From Candidatus Microgenomatus sp. (lineage in GTDB: Bacteria; Patescibacteriota; Microgenomatia; UBA8517), in the NCBI GenBank assembly GCA_020724585.1, contig DYGS01000001.1, positions 486,002 to 550,001 on the forward strand: a stretch of 64,000 nucleotides of DNA. Reading direction: 5' to 3'. Both the position numbers and the translations under genes were made by a program. Below are positions 34,303 to 44,023 of the stretch, piece after piece (the first letter of the stretch is position 1; the number at the start of each line of letters is the position of its first letter). The notes beneath the pieces were generated by a model. It did not search any database, was not told the origin of the DNA, and worked only from the letters and a program-made list of their open reading frames with translations.

Positions 34303-35004
34303 TTAGCTCAATTTTTGCAATATGTCATTAAGATCTTGGGGCAAATCGGAATTGATCTCTAAAACATTCAAAGTTTTCGGGTGAACAAATTTAATATAGC
34401 CTGCATGCAAAAATAATCTCCCACACCATTTTCTGTCTTGCCGAGCAGTTTTCCTGCCAGCGTAAAATTCATCTCCTACAATGGGATGCCCAATGTGTTT
34501 TAAATGGATTCTGATTTGATGAGTACGACCGGTTTTTGGCTTCAGTTCAAGTAATGTAAATTTTTCATTCTTAATATCTATATATTTAATCACCTTATAT
34601 CCGGTTGTTGCTTCCCGACCATTAGGCAACACCCCAAATCTATCTCTCCTCCAAGGAAGTCTTCCCACCGAAGCATCAATAAGACCAAAGCTTTGCTTTA
34701 GCCGTCCATGCACCAACGCCATATATCTCTTTTCTATAATTCTCTCTTTAAACTGCCTCTGCAAATTTTCAAATGACTCCTTTGTTTTTGCAATCAAAAG
34801 TAGCCCCGAGGTTTCCTTATCCAGTCGGTGGACTATGCCGTGTCTGAATTCTTGAAAGTTGAAAATTGGCAATTGGTAATTTTTGGCAATCCAATCCTCA
34901 ACCACAGGCTGGGAGCCGGTGGTGTTTGCCCAGTTAGTTATCCAACCTGACGGTTTATCAATTACCAAAATCTCACTGTCTTGGTAAATTACTTTTGGAG
35001 TCAT
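34303..35004 (-). CDS. RluA-family pseudouridine synthase
   Basis: HRLDKETSGLLLIAKT catalytic-Asp motif. 233 aa. Confidence 0.85.
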   Translation of the reverse strand: MTPKVIYQDSEILVIDKPSGWITNWANTTGSQPVVEDWIAKNYQLPIFNFQEFRHGIVHRLDKETSGLLLIAKTKESFENLQRQFKERIIEKRYMALVHGRLKQSFGLIDASVGRLPWRRDRFGVLPNGREATTGYKVIKYIDIKNEKFTLLELKPKTGRTHQIRIHLKHIGHPIVGDEFYAGRKTARQDRKWCGRLFLHAGYIKFVHPKTLNVLEINSDLPQDLNDILQKLS

Positions 35005-35390
35005 TTCGCCTTTTTCTCTGCCTTTTTCTCACAACTTACACATTTTGTGGCTTCAGGAGTAATTGCTAGTCTATCCGTATCAATCATTTTGCCGCAGACC
35101 TCGCAAGTTCCATATTTGCCCTGTTTTATGCGTCCAAGAGCTTTTTTAATCTGTTCTGATTTATTACTTAATTCTTTTTTAATAGCTAAAACCCTGGCAT
35201 GACCAAATTGTTCCTCTGCTTCAGTATCTGTCGCGGCATTATCAAGCGTCCGAGCTTTATCGTTAAATGGATCCTCTGACGATATTTTCTTCCTATTTAT
35301 TTTGAGCTTCGCAAGCTGAGCCTTCAAGAAATTGGCAACAGGCAATAAAATTTGGGATGGGAATCTAATCTTTTGCATATGACAGAACAA
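35001..35390 (-). CDS. DksA/TraR-family C4 zinc-finger protein
   Basis: C-terminal CEVCG...CVSCE four-Cys finger after a coiled-coil. Confidence 0.7.
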   Translation of the reverse strand: MFCHMQKIRFPSQILLPVANFLKAQLAKLKINRKKISSEDPFNDKARTLDNAATDTEAEEQFGHARVLAIKKELSNKSEQIKKALGRIKQGKYGTCEVCGKMIDTDRLAITPEATKCVSCEKKAEKKAK

Positions 35391-35928
35391 ATAATAGCAC
35401 TAAACTTGAAAAAACTAAAGCAAGAGAAAAATAAAGTTCAATTCCTGTTGAAACAAAAGATTTTACCAAAAACGCTAAAAACAAAGTTACTACCCCCGAA
35501 AATCCTATTCTGCCCGATTTATACCATGTAAATTTTTTATAATTGGCATTCAAGAAGAAGTAAATAAAAATTAAAACAAGGCAAACCCAAAAAGCCAAAA
35601 AGTTATATAAGCTTCTTTCCTTTACAGCATCAGTTAAAAATAAAAGCGATATCCAAGGAAGATAAGAGACAGTAATTGCATCTAGACTCTCAAAAAAGTT
35701 AATTTTCATCCTATAAATGCCGGCTAAATAGAAAATAAACCCGGATGCAAAAGAGACCCAAAATTGATAGTTTACTGCAAAATAAACTGAAACTATTTTT
35801 CCTATTAAAACCCCCGCCAAAACAAGAACTGCCAAGTTAAAAACTTTTTCAGGAGCGTAATCCTCTTTAAGCCGCTTCCAAAAAAGATAGAGGTAAAGTG
35901 TTATACCCAAAAAATTTGCAATTAACAT
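35365..35928 (-). CDS. Integral membrane protein (hypothetical)
   Basis: 187 aa. 5-6 TM helices. Confidence 0.4.
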   Translation of the reverse strand: MLIANFLGITLYLYLFWKRLKEDYAPEKVFNLAVLVLAGVLIGKIVSVYFAVNYQFWVSFASGFIFYLAGIYRMKINFFESLDAITVSYLPWISLLFLTDAVKERSLYNFLAFWVCLVLIFIYFFLNANYKKFTWYKSGRIGFSGVVTLFLAFLVKSFVSTGIELYFSLALVFSSLVLLFVLSYAKD

Positions 35929-35955
35929 TTAAGATATATTATCATAATAAGCACG

Positions 35956-36417
35956 ATGCTTGAAACTCCGCATGTAGCCTTGGGTATTGCAGTTGCCAAA
36001 ACAGTTCCGAATCCTTTAATTTCTATACCTCTTTCGTTTGCGGGGCATTTTTTGCTTGATATGATCCCCCATTGGAATCCCCACTTAAACACAGAGATTA
36101 AAAAATTTGGAAAACTAACAAATAATACATTGTTTATCATTGGACTAGACGCACTAAGCGCTATTTTATTTGTTTACTTTAGCTATAACTTCTTTTCCCA
36201 TGATCCGCTTCTTTCATCTTCTATTCTTTTCTCTTCTTTTGCATCGGTTCTTCCTGACGCTATTGAAGCCCCGTATTATTTAATGGGTATCAAAAATAAA
36301 TTTTTGAACTATTGGATTAAATTCCAGAAATCAATTCAGGCGGATGCTAACCTATTTTGGGGAATTGTCACACAAGTTGCAGTTTTAGCTCTTAGCGCGT
36401 TCTATATATTCTCCTGA
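35956..36417 (+). CDS. Integral membrane protein (hypothetical; possibly metal-dependent membrane hydrolase-like)
   Basis: 153 aa. Hydrophobic. His-rich segment HFLLDMIPHWNPH. Confidence 0.35.
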   Translation: MLETPHVALGIAVAKTVPNPLISIPLSFAGHFLLDMIPHWNPHLNTEIKKFGKLTNNTLFIIGLDALSAILFVYFSYNFFSHDPLLSSSILFSSFASVLPDAIEAPYYLMGIKNKFLNYWIKFQKSIQADANLFWGIVTQVAVLALSAFYIFS

Positions 36418-36972
36418 TCTTGTATCGACAATTATTTTCTCGCCTTGTTTTATAAACAAAGGTACTTTTGTTTCCAATCCGTTAGAAAGTTTTGCTGATT
36501 TGTATAAATTGCTAACAGAATTGCCTTTGACTCCAGGATCACACTCAACAACCTCAAGGGTAATTTTTGGAGGAAGATCAACTGACATTGGTCGGCTTCC
36601 TGCATGAGACGGCAAGTCCCAAAACACTATATCCGCATTTTCACCTTCTTTAAGATAGTAAACATCGTCACCTAAAACAGCAAGAGGAACCTCTATTTGA
36701 TCAAAGGTTGCAGGATCCATAAAATAAGCATTTTTATCGTCTTTATATAAATACTGAAGTTTGCGTTTAGATAAACTCACCTCTTCAAAAGACAAATTTG
36801 AAGAAAATGCATGTTCAACATTGGACCCGTTTTCAAGATTAACGCACGAAACTCTAACAGTTGCGCCGCCTCTGCCCATTTTAATCAGGGAGTACTTTTT
36901 GACCTTAAAGGGCTTCCCTTCATATAAAAAGGCCAGACCAGCTCTTAAATCCGTAGCATTTACGCTTGCCAT
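36385..36972 (-). CDS. efp: Elongation factor P
   Basis: 195 aa with the three-domain EF-P pattern. The modification loop reads KMGRGGATVRV, with Arg at the tip position instead of Lys. Confidence 0.85.
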   Translation of the reverse strand: MASVNATDLRAGLAFLYEGKPFKVKKYSLIKMGRGGATVRVSCVNLENGSNVEHAFSSNLSFEEVSLSKRKLQYLYKDDKNAYFMDPATFDQIEVPLAVLGDDVYYLKEGENADIVFWDLPSHAGSRPMSVDLPPKITLEVVECDPGVKGNSVSNLYKSAKLSNGLETKVPLFIKQGEKIIVDTRSGEYIERAKS

Positions 36973-37018
36973 AATTTTTGACTATTGTACCTAAAAAAAT
37001 AGTATAATACCAGATATT

Positions 37019-37102
37019 GGTGCGGTGCTGGAATTGGTATACAGGTTAGTCTCAAAAACTAATGGTGGCAACACCACGAGGGTTCGAATCCCTCTCGCAC
37101 CA
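37019..37102 (+). tRNA. tRNA-Leu (anticodon CAA), class II with long variable arm
   Basis: Acceptor GGTGCGG/TCGCACC. D-arm CTG-AATTGGTATA-CAG. Anticodon stem TTAGT/ACTAA with loop CTCAAAA, giving anticodon CAA. Variable arm GGTGGCAACACC. T-arm GAGGG-TTCGAAT-CCCTC. Discriminator A. No encoded CCA. Confidence 0.8.
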
Positions 37103-38615
37103 CAAGACAGCGACCTGTCGGGTCGGCGCAAAGCGCCGACCAAGCGTTTCTCCCATCCCCTCGGACAGTTTTGTTTTCTAAAAAGAGGTCTGAGCCGAAG
37201 ATTTTTGCGGCGAAGACCTTTTTAAGTTGCAAGTCCGCAGACTTGGCAACTTGTTCTACTTCTGTAGCCTCAGAAATCCAGTTTTTGAAAGGTTCGATCC
37301 AACTCCCTTGATGTTTTTTGTTGTTAATAATTTGTTCTTCAAAAGTTTTCTTTTGAGATACAAGTTGGAGCTTACTTTCTTGAAATGTTTCTTTATCTAT
37401 AATTTGATCTAAGTAACTATCTAGGAGTAACTTTAGTTTAATATCAATTGCTTCAACTTGTTGTCTTTTCAAATTATTAACCTCAAGGGAGGACTTGGCT
37501 AAATCAGATTCTTCTTTTTTAAGTCTTAATAACATCTGATTAGCCCAAGTCTTTTTCAAAGAATACTTTTTGAGAATATTGGTTAATTGTTGATCAAGAT
37601 CATCTTCTGTGATGTGAGGTTGAGAACAGGAGATTAGCTTATTTTTCTTGGTACAGTGATAATAATGATAAGTTACTTCTCTATTAGTACCTTTGTAGAA
37701 TTTAGTTTTATAATCTCCTGTTATCATCATTCCACACTCACCACACCTTAAAATGCCGTTATATGGCTTAATTGGGTGATCTTGATCTGCTTTTACCCAA
37801 GGGCCATTTCTAATCTTTATAACTTCTTGGACTTTATCAAAAAGTTTCTTTGAAATAATTGGATCGTATCTGCCCTCATATACTTCACCTCCATATTTAA
37901 AAACTCCGTAGTAAAATGAATTTGTAAGTAACTTTTTAGTTTTATCTATCCTTAAATTTTTATTCTTAGAGGTAATAATACCTTTTGATGCTAAAAAGCT
38001 AGAAACTTTCTTTATTTGTATATCTCCTTTGGAATACATTTCAAAAGCCTTAATAATATGTGGTGCAACTTTTTTATTAATAACTATTGATTTATCTCTA
38101 CTGTCATTTAAATATCCAAGAGGAGATCTCCCTGGCATGAAACCGTTTCTAGCTTTTTGCCTTAACCCACGACGAGTGTTTTCACTTAAACTGTCAACAT
38201 AATACTTGCTTTGGCTAAACGAAATTGAAAGCATGAACTTCCCTTGAGGAGTGGGTTCAAACCAAAAGGTATTAAACTTGAGGGCAGATATTTTTCCTGT
38301 ATCTATTAAATAAATAATTCTTCCTCCATCTACTGAGTTTCTTGCCAAACGATCTGGATGCCATGAAATTATTCCAGAAGCACGACCTTTTTCAATACTG
38401 TCTAACATTTTATTAAAAATAGGACGTCCAGGAATCTTGGCAGATTGTTTCTCCACTAATTCTTCTACGATTGTTAGTCCCTCACGTTTGGCAAGTAAAC
38501 GAAGTTCATCAAGTTGACCTTCTATTGATTGTACTTGCATATCCTCAACATCTGTTGATTTACGAGCATACAGGAAAAATTTTTGTGCTATTGGATTATT
38601 TACAATTGTAGCCAT
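37059..38615 (-). CDS. Large serine recombinase (resolvase/invertase catalytic domain + recombinase domain + Zn-ribbon + coiled-coil)
   Basis: N-terminus ...FLYARKSTDVEDMQVQSIEGQ... has the serine-recombinase YxRxST catalytic motif. Also a recombinase domain, a Cys cluster (CGECGMM...HYYHC) and a C-terminal coiled-coil. Start chosen at MATIV (38615), preceded by TATAAAT. The ORF reads through the left repeat into the tRNA, so the true 3' end is uncertain. Confidence 0.8.
   Translation of the reverse strand: MATIVNNPIAQKFFLYARKSTDVEDMQVQSIEGQLDELRLLAKREGLTIVEELVEKQSAKIPGRPIFNKMLDSIEKGRASGIISWHPDRLARNSVDGGRIIYLIDTGKISALKFNTFWFEPTPQGKFMLSISFSQSKYYVDSLSENTRRGLRQKARNGFMPGRSPLGYLNDSRDKSIVINKKVAPHIIKAFEMYSKGDIQIKKVSSFLASKGIITSKNKNLRIDKTKKLLTNSFYYGVFKYGGEVYEGRYDPIISKKLFDKVQEVIKIRNGPWVKADQDHPIKPYNGILRCGECGMMITGDYKTKFYKGTNREVTYHYYHCTKKNKLISCSQPHITEDDLDQQLTNILKKYSLKKTWANQMLLRLKKEESDLAKSSLEVNNLKRQQVEAIDIKLKLLLDSYLDQIIDKETFQESKLQLVSQKKTFEEQIINNKKHQGSWIEPFKNWISEATEVEQVAKSADLQLKKVFAAKIFGSDLFLENKTVRGDGRNAWSALCADPTGRCLVVREGFEPSWCCHH
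37101..37166. repeat. Left copy of a perfect 66-bp inverted repeat flanking the serine recombinase gene
   Basis: 37101..37166 is the exact reverse complement of 38701..38766. Begins at the last 2 nt of tRNA-Leu. GC-rich. Confidence 0.9.
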
Positions 38616-38700
38616 GCTACAATTATTTATACGCCCGTAAATAATCCAAATCAATATATCAAAATATCGCAATATTTTGACTCCTTAATTTGTAGTTTTT

Positions 38701-38766
38701 GTCCGAGGGGATGGGAGAAACGCTTGGTCGGCGCTTTGCGCCGACCCGACAGGTCGCTGTCTTGTG
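38701..38766. repeat. Right copy of the 66-bp inverted repeat
   Basis: Exact reverse complement of 37101..37166. Confidence 0.9.
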
Positions 38767-39030
38767 CCTTTGTATGAAAAGGCACGAACTTATTTTATTC
38801 AAAATTTCTAAAGTACAAAGCATATTTTATCACGAAAGTGACAAACTTGTTTACCACAAAATTTTGATGTGTGAGCGGAGCAACAAGGGAGGGGTTAAAG
38901 GGGAAGGAATTGTTGCGGAGCATCGGGTTCCCGCTCAGCTCCGCTTCGCGGAGCTTCGCTAACCCATATCGTGTGTGCGCTCCAGGCCTCCACTCGCTTC
39001 GCTCGTTTCGGCCTTCCGCTTACCCACTGT
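38763..39030. repeat. 267-bp GC-rich repeat, copy 1 (inverted partner at 59512..59778)
   Basis: ~99% identical in reverse complement to 59512..59778 (one mismatch seen). Abuts the 66-bp repeat with no spacer. The ORFs at 38699..38962 and 59574..59774 are the same sequence read within the two copies. Confidence 0.9.
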
Positions 39031-39129
39031 GTTTTGTTGTTATGCCCAGCCCACGCTTACTGTTAACATAAAATACTCGTTTAACCTTATGAATACTTAT
39101 TTTATACAACTATGCCTGATGTAGCTTTG

Positions 39130-39645
39130 CTATTTCTTCCAAATTCCTATTTTATTTTGTTTTGCTTCTTCTTGTGCTTCTAATAATTGAACTTGATGAA
39201 TAAATGGCTTTCTTTTTTGATATATAACTAATTCAGCCATACCTTTTCGCACAAGTTCAATGGAGATGTTCTTTCCATCAATGATTGGATATGCAAGAAT
39301 TCTTCCAAATTTGTCTGAAGTATAATTGTCATATTCAAGTTTTATTTCTTTACCTTCAACTAAATTTCTATTTGCTTCAGTAGATTCTTTTTCAAAAGGT
39401 TCTCCAGTTTCAGGAGCTGTCATACCAACATATCGTAATACTGTACTGTTAAATAACTCCACAGTGTCTCCATCTATTACTCTTTTAACAACTGCAGTTT
39501 TGGGAAGTTTTGTAATATCATGGCTCTCAATTGCTTCTCTAGAATCTAAAACTTTTCTTATATCATCTTCATATTCTGTACCCTTTGCTAAATCCTTTAA
39601 ATTTTTAAGAAGATCAACTGGAACTAATACGAATTTATTATTCAT
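39130..39645 (-). CDS. Staphylococcal-nuclease (SNase/thermonuclease) family protein
   Basis: ...VIDGDTVELFNS...RYVGMTAPET...KFGRILAY... matches the SNase OB-fold catalytic pattern. Confidence 0.7.
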   Translation of the reverse strand: MNNKFVLVPVDLLKNLKDLAKGTEYEDDIRKVLDSREAIESHDITKLPKTAVVKRVIDGDTVELFNSTVLRYVGMTAPETGEPFEKESTEANRNLVEGKEIKLEYDNYTSDKFGRILAYPIIDGKNISIELVRKGMAELVIYQKRKPFIHQVQLLEAQEEAKQNKIGIWKK

Positions 39646-39674
39646 AATTTAATAATACTACCTTTTAATTATCC

Positions 39675-40955
39675 TTAAAACCAATCCCATTCTGGATTAT
39701 CTACTTCCTCAATTTTACTTTTGTTCATCTTGAACATGTTATCCTCTAAAACTGTTTCCCATGTCCCTTGGTAATAATGTGTTTCAAGTTCTCCATCTAC
39801 CCAGTTTTGAGTTGAAAATTTTACATACACAGTATCTTTAGAATTTTCATACTTTTCTGTATTTATGACTTCAACGTCTAAAATATCTGTAAATCTATTC
39901 GTCCATTCAGTAAAGTTTGTTTTTTCTAAATATTTTGAACTTAACAATTCAAATCCTTTTTCCATTTGTCGTGCTTTTAGATATGTGTAAAAAGCAAAAA
40001 CAGCGTCTTCAGGAGATTTTGTAGGATCGACTTCAATCTTTGTGATTTCTTGATCAGTTAAGTTGTGTAAATTGTTTTTAACATCAAAAGCTGTGATAAA
40101 AAATGATATACCTGCCAAACTTTGTGTATTTACACCGACAAGATTACCACATTGATCAACCAATGGACCACCACTCATTCCTTTAACCAAACTAATATTT
40201 GTTTGAATATATCCTACAAAATCTCTCCTACTTCTTCTGAAATCAATAAAATTACCCTTAACAATTGTTGGATTACCTGTTATCTCAGACCCCAATGGGT
40301 AACCAGCAGAGAGTAATATTTCGTCGTCATGCAAATCATACAAATCTCGAAGCTCATATACTTTCTCGGGATAATTTCCTGCAAGTGTTAAAACTGCAAT
40401 ATCCATATTTTTGTCTCCAACTATCTTTATTGGGGTTTCAAAATGTCCATCAGAAAAAACAACTTTTGGGCTAGGTTCATCTGCGATTACATGGAAATTT
40501 GTTACAACTTCAGTTGGAGTTATAAAAAATCCTGATCCTTCGCCATATCCACCTATAATTCTAGCAACAGATGATTGAAGTTTTGTTTTTACTCCAACAT
40601 CGCACCACAATTTACTGATATCACCATATTGTCTAGTAATGTAATCAGCAATAACTAAAAGTGAAAAGCAAATATATATAGTTAACCCGAACCAAACAAT
40701 AGTTTTTATAAAATTAGTAAATTTCAAAAATGGCCACTTAATCAAGAACCAAAGTAATTTAAATAGCTTAATTAAAAATACTATTAAGAATTTAACAAAA
40801 TAATAAGTTGAATAAGTTAAAAGTTTGATTGGAAATAGATATAAAGGGAAAAGAAGCCGTTTTATATATTTTTTAAACTTATCAAGGAATATAGTAGCTT
40901 TACCATGAAGTATGTTTGAAATTTTATCAATATTTTTGTTTATAATATTTTTCAC
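39675..40955 (-). CDS. Trypsin-like (S1/HtrA-type) serine protease with N-terminal membrane region
   Basis: TNFHVI (His), ...DIAVL (Asp) and GMSGGPLV (Ser) catalytic-triad motifs. N-terminal TM helices. Confidence 0.7.
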   Translation of the reverse strand: MKNIINKNIDKISNILHGKATIFLDKFKKYIKRLLFPLYLFPIKLLTYSTYYFVKFLIVFLIKLFKLLWFLIKWPFLKFTNFIKTIVWFGLTIYICFSLLVIADYITRQYGDISKLWCDVGVKTKLQSSVARIIGGYGEGSGFFITPTEVVTNFHVIADEPSPKVVFSDGHFETPIKIVGDKNMDIAVLTLAGNYPEKVYELRDLYDLHDDEILLSAGYPLGSEITGNPTIVKGNFIDFRRSRRDFVGYIQTNISLVKGMSGGPLVDQCGNLVGVNTQSLAGISFFITAFDVKNNLHNLTDQEITKIEVDPTKSPEDAVFAFYTYLKARQMEKGFELLSSKYLEKTNFTEWTNRFTDILDVEVINTEKYENSKDTVYVKFSTQNWVDGELETHYYQGTWETVLEDNMFKMNKSKIEEVDNPEWDWF

Positions 40956-40960
40956 TTCTC

Positions 40961-43900
40961 TTAATCAACATCATTCGTAGCAATATTAAAGAATCTTTCA
41001 AAGAATCTTGTTAGTTTATCAAGTACATTCTCACGTTTTTTGCTACGTTCGCCCGTTGGAGAAAAACGACCACCAGCAGGTAGTATTTTAGTGATCTCTG
41101 TACCTGTTGTTGCAACATTTCCGTTACGAAAAGCATTTTTAATAAATCGATATGTTGCTTCATGATCAAGATTTTCACTTGTAATAATTTGTTCAAGTTC
41201 TTCTACCTTTTTACCCTCAACAAATTTTTGCCAATCCTCCTCCACTACTGAATGTATATCAAGCGAAGATATAAACTGATTAATAAGATCTTTTTTGTTC
41301 CTAAGTTCGACGCTTGAATCTATAGCCTTATTTATATCAAGCAGTAATTCTTTATTTTTAGTATGATCCTCATGATATTTTTTAATTAAACCTAAGATAT
41401 AATCAATATTGATATCTATTTGTTTGATAAGCTCCATCTCAAAAACAATATCATCATTGACATTTTCCTTATCTACCTCGATATCTTTACGAAATTCGTT
41501 ATAAATATCGATGTAAGCACTGTGATAATCTTGAATATCTCGATCAGTCAAAATCTCGTTTCCTAAAAATTCATCAAAAGTAGCAAGTATATTTCGTACA
41601 CGTAAAATAGCACCATACAATTTAATAAAGTCTTTTTGATTCTGCTCGCCAACAATTCTTTCTCCAACAGGAAACTTTTCAAGTAGTTCTCTAACTAGAC
41701 TTTCATATCCACGTACATCCTTACCATCATCTTTATATCCGAAGTAATAATCATTATAAGCTTTTAAAAGAACGATTCCGCTAGCTTCTTTGTCACCAAA
41801 AAGAGCAATAGATTCATTTGTAGCTTTTTCAAGATTACGAAAACAAATAATATTACCAAAAGTTTTTATGCTATTTAAAATACGATTAGTCCTAGAAAAC
41901 GCTTGTAATAATCCATGCAATCTTAAATTCTTATCCACCCATAAAGTGTTTAGCGTTGTGGCATCAAATCCTGTCAAAAACATATTAACCACAATTAAAA
42001 TATCAATCTCACGATTTTTCATTCTTTCGCTTACATCTTTGTAATAGTTTTGAAATTTGTCGGATGAAGTATCATATGAAGTTCCAAACATCTGATTATA
42101 ATCACCAATAGCTTTTTCTAAGAAGTCTCTTGAGCTAACATCAAGTCCTGTTGTATCTTCTGAGTTTTCATCAATCATGCCATCCAAATCATCATCGTTT
42201 ACACCAAAACTATAAATTGTTGCAATTTTAAGTTGCTTATCGCTTGGAAGCCCTTCTAATTGTTTCTTAAATTCAGCGTAATATTTTTTAGCCACATCAA
42301 TTGTGGAAACAGCAAATATTGAGTTAAATCCTGCAAGTCTTCGATCCTTTAGTTTATAAAAAGTATTGCGCTTTGTTTTTTGATCAAAATGCTCTCTTAT
42401 ATACGTAACAATATTTGAAAGTCTCTCGGGAGCAGCTAAAATTGCCTCACGGTCTATATCACTTACTTTCTTATCTTCAATATTCTCGGCCTCACGAACT
42501 GTAGAAACGTAATCTACTTTAAACGGTAAAACGTTTTTATCAGATATAGCATCAACAATTGTATAAGTGTGTAATTTATCTCCAAACGCCTGTTCTGTTG
42601 TCTTTAAATTTGGTGTACCACCAGACGATGAATTCATGGCAAATATCGGTGTACCCGTAAATCCAAATATATGATAATTTTTAAATGCCTTAGTAATTGC
42701 TGTGTGCATATCACCAAATTGAGAGCGATGGCACTCGTCAAATATTAAAACAATATGATCTTCAAAAATTGTATGACCTGTATTTTTATTTATAAAACGA
42801 TCTAATTTTTGAATTGTGGTAATAATTATTTTCGCTTCTGGGTCACCCAATTGACGTTTCAAAATAGATGTACTTTTGTTACTATTGGCAGCACCTTTTT
42901 CAAATTTGTCATATTCCTTCATTGTTTGGTAATCTAAATCTTTACGATCAACAACAAAAACTACCTTTTTAATGTAAGGTAATTTACTAACAAGTTGCGC
43001 AGTCTTAAAACTTGTTAGTGTCTTTCCAGATCCGGTAGTGTGCCAAACATATCCACCTGCCTCGATTGTGCCTAACTTTTTATAATTTGTACTTATCTCA
43101 ATTCTTTTTAAAATTTTCTCAGTAGCAACTATTTGGTATGGTCGCATCACTAAAAGTAGTCGATCTGTTGTAAACACACAGTATTTAGTAAGGATATTCA
43201 GGAGCGTATGCTTAGCAAAGAATGTTTTAGCAAAATCAACTAAGTCAGTAATAGGACGGTTTGTTGCATCAGCCCACCAACTTGTAAATTCAAAACTATT
43301 ACTTGTTCTCTTTCCATTTTTAACAGAATTTCCGCCATTTTCTTTGACATACTGAAATCTAGTTGTATTACTATAATATTTTGTGTGTGTACCATTTGAA
43401 ATAATAAAAATTTGTATATACTCAAAAAGACCTGATTGAGCCCAAAAACTTTCTCTGTTATACCGATTAATTTGATTAAAAGCCTCTTGGATTGCCACGC
43501 CACGACGTTTAAGTTCGATATGTATAAGTGGCAGTCCATTAACTAGAACCGTAACATCGTATCGATTAGCGCGTTCTCCCTCGTCTGTTGCGTATTGATT
43601 AATAACTTGCAAACTATTGTCATGAATCGAATCTTTTTTAATAAGATAAATATTTTTAATAGCCCCATCATCACAAGTTAAATTTTTAATATAATCTTCT
43701 TGAATTGTAGTTGTTTTCTCAATAATGCTCTGATTTGGATTAGCAATTTCATTTTTGAAAAATCTTTCCCACTCTAAATCAGTAAAATTATATGAATTTA
43801 GTTTTTCAAGTTGTTTACGTAAATTTACAACCAAATCATTTTCAGATTTAATAGAAATATATTCGTATGCCTGTGATACAAGCTGTTTAATAAATTCTTT

Positions 43901-44023
43901 TTCCAGTTCAGCTTCACTTTGATACGTAGATTCACGTAGGTTGTTAGCAATCTCTGAGTAGTCAGCTACAACAGTACTTTCATTATTTTGTGAAACAATA
44001 TTATAATTTTGACTATTCGACAT
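40961..44023 (-). CDS. hsdR: Type I restriction enzyme R subunit
   Basis: 1020 aa. N-terminal PD-(D/E)xK region. SF2 helicase motifs (TGSGKT, DECH). Confidence 0.9.
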   Translation of the reverse strand: MSNSQNYNIVSQNNESTVVADYSEIANNLRESTYQSEAELEKEFIKQLVSQAYEYISIKSENDLVVNLRKQLEKLNSYNFTDLEWERFFKNEIANPNQSIIEKTTTIQEDYIKNLTCDDGAIKNIYLIKKDSIHDNSLQVINQYATDEGERANRYDVTVLVNGLPLIHIELKRRGVAIQEAFNQINRYNRESFWAQSGLFEYIQIFIISNGTHTKYYSNTTRFQYVKENGGNSVKNGKRTSNSFEFTSWWADATNRPITDLVDFAKTFFAKHTLLNILTKYCVFTTDRLLLVMRPYQIVATEKILKRIEISTNYKKLGTIEAGGYVWHTTGSGKTLTSFKTAQLVSKLPYIKKVVFVVDRKDLDYQTMKEYDKFEKGAANSNKSTSILKRQLGDPEAKIIITTIQKLDRFINKNTGHTIFEDHIVLIFDECHRSQFGDMHTAITKAFKNYHIFGFTGTPIFAMNSSSGGTPNLKTTEQAFGDKLHTYTIVDAISDKNVLPFKVDYVSTVREAENIEDKKVSDIDREAILAAPERLSNIVTYIREHFDQKTKRNTFYKLKDRRLAGFNSIFAVSTIDVAKKYYAEFKKQLEGLPSDKQLKIATIYSFGVNDDDLDGMIDENSEDTTGLDVSSRDFLEKAIGDYNQMFGTSYDTSSDKFQNYYKDVSERMKNREIDILIVVNMFLTGFDATTLNTLWVDKNLRLHGLLQAFSRTNRILNSIKTFGNIICFRNLEKATNESIALFGDKEASGIVLLKAYNDYYFGYKDDGKDVRGYESLVRELLEKFPVGERIVGEQNQKDFIKLYGAILRVRNILATFDEFLGNEILTDRDIQDYHSAYIDIYNEFRKDIEVDKENVNDDIVFEMELIKQIDINIDYILGLIKKYHEDHTKNKELLLDINKAIDSSVELRNKKDLINQFISSLDIHSVVEEDWQKFVEGKKVEELEQIITSENLDHEATYRFIKNAFRNGNVATTGTEITKILPAGGRFSPTGERSKKRENVLDKLTRFFERFFNIATNDVD

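Noticed and set aside
37059-37166. C-terminal ~35 codons of the serine recombinase ORF extending across the inverted repeat and tRNA-Leu
   Set aside because: The read-through encodes a Cys/Trp/His-rich tail (...SWCCHH) dictated by the GC-rich repeat and the tRNA antisense. It is probably fortuitous ORF extension. The recombinase call is kept, but its exact 3' end is flagged as uncertain.
38699-38962. 87-aa ORF (and its 66-aa twin at 59574..59774) lying inside the GC-rich inverted repeats
   Set aside because: The same sequence is read in two repeat copies with no start/RBS context. One ORF begins inside the 66-bp repeat. The GC-rich structured DNA is better explained as repeat or ncRNA than as coding.
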